From: a virus
Taxonomy: Duplodnaviria > Heunggongvirae > Uroviricota > Caudoviricetes
Strand: one strand, 5' to 3'
Virus record (IMG/VR): IMGVR_UViG_3300016467_000502
Span: 1 to 12,784 of that record
Length of the DNA: 12,784 bases
The position numbers and the translations under genes were made by a program. The notes under the pieces were generated by a model. That model worked only from the letters and a program-made list of their open reading frames with translations, was not told the DNA's origin and did no database searches. Positions 1-6,744 of this stretch are shown piece by piece; position 1 is the stretch's first letter, and each line of letters opens with the position of its first letter.

Positions 1-1389
1 GCTATAACGTGTTCTGAGGTATTGCATATTGTTTGCGCTTTCTATGGTAACACCAGTCGCTCCAACAATGCGAACCTGACCCGTTCCTTTTTGCATGATG
101 GTCACTTGATGACCTGGAGGAAAATTGGTCAAAGACAAGGGAACAGTGACAATTACCGCACTGGCAGATTCTGTTAAGATGACAATACCCGCATCCGTTG
201 TGTTGGATGTTGTTGCAGTACCTCCAGCTGTTGCAGAACCCACAGGCGCATCTGCTTTGAGAGTCCAGGCAGTAGTCGTTGATCCTAAGTCTCTGAATCC
301 AGCTACCCCCGTTGAACTGTTGGCTCCATTTGATCCTGCAGGTCCTGTTGCTCCAGGGGCCCCATTGGCTCCAGGAAGACCAGGAGCACCGTCTGCACCT
401 TTTAGCAAAAGTCCTGTTGCAGGCCATCCAGAAGATGTCTTAGGACCTATTAATGTATAAGTCGTAGTGTTTAAGTAGTAGTCTCCAATAATACCAGTAG
501 TTGACAAAGGTGTGCTGGAACCACTGTAAATTTTTGAACCATCCTGGCCAGGTAATCCTTGCGCACCGGGTGCTCCGTTTTGTCCAGCAGGACCCGTAGC
601 ACCGGTAGCACCAGTGGCTCCAGGCGCTCCATTTTGTCCGACAGGGCCTACAAGGCTAATACCTGCTACAGGCCAACCAGATAACTGCTTAGGTCCAATC
701 AGTGTGTTGGTTGTAGTATTGATGTAGTAGTCCCCTACATTTCCTAAAGCTGCCAACGGATTGGTGCTTCCTGACAAGATCAGGTTTCCAGCTGGACCGG
801 CAGGTCCTGTTAAGCCGTTGCTTCCGGGAGGGCCTGAGATCTGCCCCAGGTTCACCCACCCGTTAATATCAGCTGAGGAGCTGGTAGGATCATATACATA
901 AATGGTTCCGTTCACCCCAGATGCAATGTCTGTCAACATTACGACAGTTAAAGGATCAGGTGCGGGAAAATCGGCAAGCAAAGTTGTATAAGTAGACGTG
1001 TACCCCTCTACTGTAACGGACTGACCGGGAACACCTGGAGGTCCTTGTGCACCTACAGCGCTGATCTCAATGATTTGTCCTGGCGTATCTACAACTACAG
1101 GATCTGTTCCGCCGTTAATGGTAACACTACCATCCAATGCCGGCTGCAGTGTAAAATTGTTGGCCCCACCAATGTTTCCATTGTTAGACAGTCCTTGCAG
1201 CACTTCGGTCATGTTATCCCCTGTGGCTGCTACGCCAGGAATGTCTGGCCCATCATAGCGCACGCAAGATGTGTTCATGACTTCAGGGCAAGGCTCGCCA
1301 TTATTACAAATGGGAGGCGCGGGAGGCGCCACAGGAGGAGTAGTAGGCTCCTGTGGACATCCGCAATTTGAAAGTTCTTCAGGGTACAT
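1..1389 (-). CDS. Collagen-repeat tail/head fibre protein, 3'-truncated (at least 463 aa, runs off the left edge)
   Basis: Not in the ORF track. Manual translation from ATG at 1389 is open to position 1 (MYPEELSNCGCPQEP...TIMQKGTGQVRIVGATGVTIESANNMQYLRTRYS). It has four Gly-X-Y blocks (12 triplets at 538-648, 9 at 319-399), two copies of a 38-aa spacer, and a beta-rich C-terminal region. Confidence 0.9.
   Translation of the reverse strand, partial: MYPEELSNCGCPQEPTTPPVAPPAPPICNNGEPCPEVMNTSCVRYDGPDIPGVAATGDNMTEVLQGLSNNGNIGGANNFTLQPALDGSVTINGGTDPVVVDTPGQIIEISAVGAQGPPGVPGQSVTVEGYTSTYTTLLADFPAPDPLTVVMLTDIASGVNGTIYVYDPTSSSADINGWVNLGQISGPPGSNGLTGPAGPAGNLILSGSTNPLAALGNVGDYYINTTTNTLIGPKQLSGWPVAGISLVGPVGQNGAPGATGATGATGPAGQNGAPGAQGLPGQDGSKIYSGSSTPLSTTGIIGDYYLNTTTYTLIGPKTSSGWPATGLLLKGADGAPGLPGANGAPGATGPAGSNGANSSTGVAGFRDLGSTTTAWTLKADAPVGSATAGGTATTSNTTDAGIVILTESASAVIVTVPLSLTNFPPGHQVTIMQKGTGQVRIVGATGVTIESANNMQYLRTRYS
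421..783 (-). repeat. Two copies of a 38-aa spacer domain (670-783 and 421-534) between collagen blocks
   Basis: LILSGSTNPLAALGNVGDYYINTTTNTLIGPKQLSGWP aligns without gaps to KIYSGSSTPLSTTGIIGDYYLNTTTYTLIGPKTSSGWP. Confidence 0.9.
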
Positions 1390-1409
1390 ATCTTAGATAA
1401 TATTTTTCA

Positions 1410-2990
1410 TTAGGGTTGAGCACATAAGTTAAACGGAACGCCTGCGCAAAGTTGTACAGATTGACCAGTAATCGACTGGATACATCCCAATGTTCTTGTT
1501 TGTGTAGCGCAGGTATTAGTACTAGCACAGTACAAAGTGGTTGATTCTGTGTAATCAAGCTCTACCGTAGACTGACCTCCAGCAATAGTCAATACCTCAG
1601 TATAGTATGACTGTACACCGCACGCATCAGACAACTCAAAGTAAAGTGTCACTACAATGTTTGCACCCGTGTTGTTTATTGGAGTTCCTGTTACGGAGTT
1701 CTGAAGGGTAACAGTGATGGTCTTATTTGTTTCAGGGTAACTATTTGTAATACCACCCGCTGTACAATCAACGTTTGTAGCAGGACGAATAATCTCTTCT
1801 ATATTGATACACATTGGGATTACACTAGACTTAATTACTGCAATGGTTGTAGCAGCAGAAGATCCGCAGTTATAGACGGCTGTCACCTTTACTGCGTAAT
1901 TCTTATTCTCTATATATCCACCGTTGGAAATAGTTATAGGAAGCGTCGCAGGGTGCGCATAGGTCTGTGTATACAATGGTACGCCACTAGGCTGGTTAGC
2001 GCTGGCATTAAATACTTGCACTAGATACTCAACAGGCGCTTCTCCTGTACCATAAGCAGGAGTGGTCCAGCTCACCTGAAAGTTGTTGGATGTCACACCG
2101 CTTACTGCAAGGCTTGTCACAGGTACAGGTACACAGGAAATAACCTCCTGGCAACAGTCTATGATCTTCGCTCTCATATCGCATATGGTGATCCACATGT
2201 TGGTCAGTGTCTGGGCAAGTGTAGTAGGATTTGCAGTCCATCCTGGTAAATCTGCCATCAGTGTGCCAGGTGTCATTAGAGAGTCTGCTGTTTCAATAGT
2301 AGCACAACCTGCGTAATCTGTCACAGCTGTGATCTGGGCAATAGAGCCCAACACCGCACTCAGGTCGCAAAACGTCTCCTCAAAGTTGGCAAATGCCATT
2401 TGTATAGGGAGCACTAGACCTGGTGTAGGTCCACTTGCACATTGTGTAGTAACATTGATAAGCGGTGATCCTGTTGCGGGCGTCTGGTTTTCCAGAATAG
2501 TTACCCGCAAATCCAAGGCGTCAAGTTGAGCCTGGTGATCATCTGTAATGCTGTACAAGTCACATACTGCAGTAGCAATCAGGTCAATATAATCATCCTG
2601 TGTCACCTGTGTAATAGTATTACCATCTCCATCTACATACTGTAAACAGGCAGGTAAAGTATAAAGTGTCTCAGGACTAGGTACTATAGGGTCATCTGTA
2701 AGTGCTTCACAAAGCTTGTTGACAATAAGCTGTATCAAAGCTTCTTGTGTTGTTGGAGAAGTATCTCCAATATTCAACAAACAGGTTACGTCTATGCCGG
2801 CTACATCAAACAAGTTGTCGTTAATCTCGCACACTTTAAGAGCGAGCTCATATACGACTTTTGTAATGGTATCTCCGCTACAAAGTGTCAAGCAAGGAAT
2901 ATCAGGTCCCTGCCAAATGACACAGTTGCTGGACAACGGAGTACAGTTAAAATTTGGATCTGGCTGTGTATTTGAATTTACAGGGTTCAT
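1410..2990 (-). CDS. Cys-rich structural protein (fibre/hub-like) with a short coiled coil and a fibronectin type III-like domain
   Basis: 526-aa ORF with 25 Cys. Heptad segment DDHQAQLDALDLRVTILEN (~2488-2544). FN3-like pattern PVTSLAVSGVTSNNFQVSWTTP...VEYLVQV...NYAVKVTAV (~1846-2132). ATGA overlap with the upstream gene. Confidence 0.75.
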   Translation of the reverse strand: MNPVNSNTQPDPNFNCTPLSSNCVIWQGPDIPCLTLCSGDTITKVVYELALKVCEINDNLFDVAGIDVTCLLNIGDTSPTTQEALIQLIVNKLCEALTDDPIVPSPETLYTLPACLQYVDGDGNTITQVTQDDYIDLIATAVCDLYSITDDHQAQLDALDLRVTILENQTPATGSPLINVTTQCASGPTPGLVLPIQMAFANFEETFCDLSAVLGSIAQITAVTDYAGCATIETADSLMTPGTLMADLPGWTANPTTLAQTLTNMWITICDMRAKIIDCCQEVISCVPVPVTSLAVSGVTSNNFQVSWTTPAYGTGEAPVEYLVQVFNASANQPSGVPLYTQTYAHPATLPITISNGGYIENKNYAVKVTAVYNCGSSAATTIAVIKSSVIPMCINIEEIIRPATNVDCTAGGITNSYPETNKTITVTLQNSVTGTPINNTGANIVVTLYFELSDACGVQSYYTEVLTIAGGQSTVELDYTESTTLYCASTNTCATQTRTLGCIQSITGQSVQLCAGVPFNLCAQP

Positions 2991-3217
2991 AGACTATTTA
3001 TTCTTTCTGTTACACTAGCATGCGAGCAGCTTGTTGTTTCCACCGTACACCCGCATGCTTTACGTTCTTCACCTCGCACATAAAGATTTCTCAGATCATC
3101 AGCAAGGTCAGCATCTACTTTTGCACGACATACTTTAAGCCCATAACGTTTGCGCTGCATGTCTTGAAACAATGCGTCTGCAAAAAGTTGGTTGATATGT
3201 GTTAGCGGATCAGTCAC
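2987..3217 (-). CDS. Small hypothetical virion-module protein (76 aa, 4 Cys)
   Basis: GTG start 2 nt after the upstream TAA. Its TGA stop overlaps the next ATG (ATGA). It fills the gap in a tightly packed operon. Confidence 0.8.
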   Translation of the reverse strand: MTDPLTHINQLFADALFQDMQRKRYGLKVCRAKVDADLADDLRNLYVRGEERKACGCTVETTSCSHASVTERINSL

Positions 3218-3219
3218 GG

Positions 3220-3387
3220 TTACACTAGGTCTTCAGGTTTTATATTGTTGTTAGGTAAAAAGTTTGACAGTTTCAGCTGTGCTTCATAAGCTTTTACACA
3301 GTTTGAACACACAGAACGCCCGTCTGATGCAGTACGAACCTGGCATGTACAGCCCAGGTTGGTGTTACAATTATTACACTTTGCCAT
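3220..3387 (-). CDS. Small Cys-rich protein (55 aa; CxxC, CxC, CxxC), possibly metal-binding or disulfide-bonded
   Basis: Not in the ORF track. Manual translation gives MAKCNNCNTNLGCTCQVRTASDGRSVCSNCVKAYEAQLKLSNFLPNNNIKPEDLV*. It has an A/C-rich leader (AACCAACCAACAAGTAT-ATG) and fills the gap between its neighbours. Confidence 0.85.
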   Translation of the reverse strand: MAKCNNCNTNLGCTCQVRTASDGRSVCSNCVKAYEAQLKLSNFLPNNNIKPEDLV

Positions 3388-3402
3388 ATACTTGTTGGTT
3401 GG

Positions 3403-3966
3403 TTAGCAATTACAGGTAGAGCAACATCCGCTCTGGTACTTCTTTAGCAACTTCTGAGCATAAGCAAGCATGTTCACCGCGTCTTTTGGCGAATGACAGT
3501 ATTCAGCTTTAGCTTTAGCTGCTTCTAAAAACATCTTAATGTAACGCAGATCATGCATTTTATCATGCTGCTCAGGAGTTGGTTCACATTCAGCAAGCTG
3601 AACTTTACATACCTCCTTGTAGTAGGTGTTTAAGGTGCTTGTGATTCTCAAGTGATAATACTCAACGTATACCAAATCATTTGGAGAAACACTGTATTTG
3701 ATTTTGTAAAGCCCATCAGGAAGATCAACAATGCTGGGATGATTGACAGGAATTAATCCTAAGTCAGACGCACTAAGATTCAGTGTAAAATTAGGAGTTA
3801 ATCCCTCTGAAATATATACAGGCACACTGTACCCAGGGACGTATATGTCCAGGCGCTGACAATCTACGTTCAACGTGTCAACGTAAACAGAAGCGTCTAC
3901 AATGCGCAGGACGTTTTCACATGCTGTGTCAGGTACGTCAAGTGCCAGGTGGTGTTTCAGTGCCAT
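3403..3966 (-). CDS. Hypothetical structural (tail-region) protein, 187 aa, Cys-rich C-terminus
   Basis: First ORF after the terminator. Beta-rich N-terminal half, helical C-terminal half, ending GCCSTCNC. Function inferred from position only. Confidence 0.7.
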   Translation of the reverse strand: MALKHHLALDVPDTACENVLRIVDASVYVDTLNVDCQRLDIYVPGYSVPVYISEGLTPNFTLNLSASDLGLIPVNHPSIVDLPDGLYKIKYSVSPNDLVYVEYYHLRITSTLNTYYKEVCKVQLAECEPTPEQHDKMHDLRYIKMFLEAAKAKAEYCHSPKDAVNMLAYAQKLLKKYQSGCCSTCNC

Positions 3967-4020
3967 AGGGTCAGGATAGACAGATTAATCTCTACAATAA
4001 GAATTTACAAAAAAAGCGCT

Positions 4021-4062
4021 ACAAAAACAAAAAAGGAGACCAAGTTTCCTCGATCTCCTTTT
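4021..4062 (-). terminator. Rho-independent terminator after the 487-aa gene
   Basis: Minus strand AAAAGGAGATCGAG-GAAA-CTTGGTCTCCTTTT: a 14-bp stem with two G-U pairs and a GAAA loop, running into TTTTTTGTTTTT about 20 nt after the stop. Confidence 0.85.
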
Positions 4063-4084
4063 CATAGGGTAGGGTTAAGTCAGT

Positions 4085-5548
4085 TTACAGAGATGTGTTC
4101 AAGGTCACTTCACTTCCACCAGCGCTCAGCCAGTTAGTCATGAATGTTTCAAAGCTGTTGGCTCCCGTTGAACGACTATTTACTACAATCTTCACCAAGT
4201 ACTGGTCTGCATCCAATGTTCCTGATGGGTTACTCTTGCGAGGAACGCTATGCAAGATGTAGTACGCACCGTAGCGAGAACCACGAGAAATACCTGCTGA
4301 GAACACAGTATCATCCAACACCTCACGCAAACGTGGGTCGTTACTCCATGGCTCTTGTTTGTAACGATTGCCAAGGATTATTTCGCGGATGATAGTCTCA
4401 CCAAAACCGTTTCCTTGAGCAGTGGCTTGAGTTTCAAACACACCACCTACAGCAGCATTAGTTACCAATACATTCTCAAATGATTGAGTAACGTCCAGCT
4501 GATATCCAGTAGCACCAAAACACTTAGTGGCACAAGGCTGATCTTTATCGTCTACAACAGAAGCGTAGATTTGAATAGGCTGTACCTCATAATGATCAGT
4601 TGGTTGGAATGAACAGTTACCAAAAGTGGTATCTGCATATGCGCCAGTCAATTCCAAGAATGCGTCGCTTGTCTCTGGTGACGCATCAGGAGTGTACTCG
4701 TTAAATTCAGTTGTTACGTTTGTGTAAAACTTAACAGAAGTTGCAGCAGCAACAGTTACGGTCACGCTTGCTCCGGCAGCATCTACCAAAGGAACAGTGG
4801 ATCCAGATACGTATGAAGCGCCTACAAAAGTATTTACAGGAATTCCTGCACCTACTACTTTCTGACCAGCAGCTACACCTGTTCCAGACGCAACAGTCAA
4901 GTTAGTAGCGGCAGAGGCTGTACCAGTTGTAGCAGCATCTAAGTTCCATACTTTAGGAGATACAAACTGAGACAAAATTGGGCTTTTAGCAACAGCTTCC
5001 TTCCACTGAAGTAATACTACCAAAGGATCAACATTAGTAGCACCATCGCAACAACCAGTGTATGCATCTACAGTCAAATAAGCATTGTGAGTTAAGAAAC
5101 GCAATGCTGGAGAACCTTTTACGTCTACACGTAAACGATAGGTAGTATCGCAAGTAAGAGCTTCGCAGTTAGCGGCAGGCTTTACTACAACGATGTTTTG
5201 AACAGGAGCCTCAGCAGGAATGTAGTAGAAAGCACTAACATACTTAGGGTTGATACCCTTAGATTTGATAGTCTCTTTGTACCCTCCGTGGAAAGGTCCA
5301 ATCTTATCATTTGTGTGAAAGCTTCCTTGAGCTAAGTAGATCATAGGAACTTCTGCGTATGTTGGTGTAGCAGCCAAATCCAACACCTTGTTGTTTTTAG
5401 CGTTAATTACACCAATCTGACCAGCCAACAGTGAAGTGGTAGCCAAAACACCTGGAGAGGCAGGGTTACCTGTGTCGTCTCCATCTCTAAATGGAGTGCC
5501 ATTCGTAGCTATCATCGGTAGCTGGAAGGCGTGTGGAAAATAAGCCAT
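4085..5548 (-). CDS. Virion structural protein, crAss-like auxiliary capsid/decoration protein-like, with an Ala/Gly/Thr/Val-rich insertion
   Basis: 487-aa ORF. Its position after MCP and a ring-like gene matches the auxiliary capsid protein slot in crAss-like modules. Beta-rich, and followed by a terminator as expected for a high-copy product. The family call is inference. Confidence 0.6.
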   Translation of the reverse strand: MAYFPHAFQLPMIATNGTPFRDGDDTGNPASPGVLATTSLLAGQIGVINAKNNKVLDLAATPTYAEVPMIYLAQGSFHTNDKIGPFHGGYKETIKSKGINPKYVSAFYYIPAEAPVQNIVVVKPAANCEALTCDTTYRLRVDVKGSPALRFLTHNAYLTVDAYTGCCDGATNVDPLVVLLQWKEAVAKSPILSQFVSPKVWNLDAATTGTASAATNLTVASGTGVAAGQKVVGAGIPVNTFVGASYVSGSTVPLVDAAGASVTVTVAAATSVKFYTNVTTEFNEYTPDASPETSDAFLELTGAYADTTFGNCSFQPTDHYEVQPIQIYASVVDDKDQPCATKCFGATGYQLDVTQSFENVLVTNAAVGGVFETQATAQGNGFGETIIREIILGNRYKQEPWSNDPRLREVLDDTVFSAGISRGSRYGAYYILHSVPRKSNPSGTLDADQYLVKIVVNSRSTGANSFETFMTNWLSAGGSEVTLNTSL

Positions 5549-5581
5549 AGGGTTATAAGAATTATGGGGTTAATAAAAAAA

Positions 5582-6043
5582 TCACTGTAAAAAGAGAAGC
5601 TTGTACTTGATGGAGTTGATTGTGCTTTTGATAGTATCAAGGTCGTTTACAATCTCACTGTAGGGCATCATACCCTGCAGATCATTGACCATCGTTGTCA
5701 GCTCTCTTAAATAAGATAAACCATCTTCAACATTGTTCAAAACTCTTGGAGCATTTTCTTCTCCAAACATTAAAATCTTTTCGCGCGCTCCCTGGTATCC
5801 TTCAGCCAGTGCATCAGCATGACCTGGCAACGCGTCGTATAGTTCATTCAAAGCGCTGTGAGCAGCAAACGAACCTGGTCCTGTAACTTTCAAGTGTAGT
5901 TTATGAAAGCTTGTTCTGGCACTCATAAGCTCAGACACACATCCTGCAACACTTTCACATAACGAGTCCTGCATAGGTTGACCGTCAGGTTTATCTGTAG
6001 GTATTACAAGCTTGCGCTTCAGTATGTTATTTCCAAGTTCCAT
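5582..6043 (-). CDS. Dps/ferritin-like protein (phage DUF5856-like)
   Basis: HKLHLKVTGPGSFAAHSALNELYDALPGHADALAEGYQG follows the Dps signature HWNVxGxxFxxxHxxxxExY...DxxAE, with His, His, Glu, Asp and Glu retained. The size fits a four-helix bundle. TAATG coupling to the upstream gene. Confidence 0.8.
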   Translation of the reverse strand: MELGNNILKRKLVIPTDKPDGQPMQDSLCESVAGCVSELMSARTSFHKLHLKVTGPGSFAAHSALNELYDALPGHADALAEGYQGAREKILMFGEENAPRVLNNVEDGLSYLRELTTMVNDLQGMMPYSEIVNDLDTIKSTINSIKYKLLFLQ

Positions 6044-6744
6044 TAGTTATTGCTTGTTGAGTTTGTTTTGTTTCTTTGGTACTGTGTAATAGACTCTATG
6101 TCCCCTGCCAGTATACTTGCCGCATCGTCTACAATCAGCTCTGCAACATCATCTTTGAACTCGCAGATTATATCTGCCGGTACAGTTTGACCAGTATTCA
6201 AGTTTACACATCCTGCAAACTGAACTTCTACAGGCTTGCGATAGTAGGTAAGTTTAGGATCAACTACCTGAAACTTATTGTTGTGATAGATTCTCATTTT
6301 GTTTCCTTGCAGCGTGCAGAAAGTTTCTCCCCACTCTGCGCTAGGATTTCTCAAAGAATCTACCAGAAGCTGGCTAACGTCAGCAACCGGAGCTAGGTAT
6401 ACACCTAATGCGCGATCTGGACAGCAGTCTGTATGACTTTTGGCACCGATGCGTTTGAAATACAGGTACTCCGTTGGGAGCACCTGCGTTTCAAAGTATA
6501 TATCTTGGTTGGTTCCTGTTAAAGGAGCCTCTACGAGCAAGCGCTGCAAATCATCGATCAATACATCAGAAGACTCATCGCCCTCCTTGGTCTGGTTGAT
6601 TCCATGTACCTGGCGTCTGACAAACTCCAGCTGGGCTTTATTGAACGCTTCCGCGACCTGCCAGCACTCTATGTTGTCATAGTCCATGGAGGCCAGTTTG
6701 TTCAGGCGCTCCTTGATCTTGATCTGTAACAGTGCGTTGTTCAT
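6043..6744 (-). CDS. Putative head-tail adaptor/ring protein (crAss-like ring protein family)
   Basis: 233 aa. The helical N-terminus with AEAFNKAQLEFVRR resembles the crAss-like ring/tail-tubular N-terminus. Beta-rich middle with YYRKP. Located downstream of MCP, with TAATG overlaps at both ends. Confidence 0.6.
   Translation of the reverse strand: MNNALLQIKIKERLNKLASMDYDNIECWQVAEAFNKAQLEFVRRQVHGINQTKEGDESSDVLIDDLQRLLVEAPLTGTNQDIYFETQVLPTEYLYFKRIGAKSHTDCCPDRALGVYLAPVADVSQLLVDSLRNPSAEWGETFCTLQGNKMRIYHNNKFQVVDPKLTYYRKPVEVQFAGCVNLNTGQTVPADIICEFKDDVAELIVDDAASILAGDIESITQYQRNKTNSTSNN

Noticed and set aside
2-427. 141-aa Cys/Trp-rich minus-strand ORF in the track
   Set aside because: It is an alternative frame of the collagen gene. 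The true frame gives clean Gly-X-Y repeats and is open from 1389.
319-650. Short nucleotide repeats as a possible CRISPR array or DGR template/variable repeat
   Set aside because: The periodicity is explained by Gly-X-Y codons and the duplicated spacer domain. There is no constant repeat with unique spacers, no adenine-specific mismatch pattern, and no reverse transcriptase in the window.
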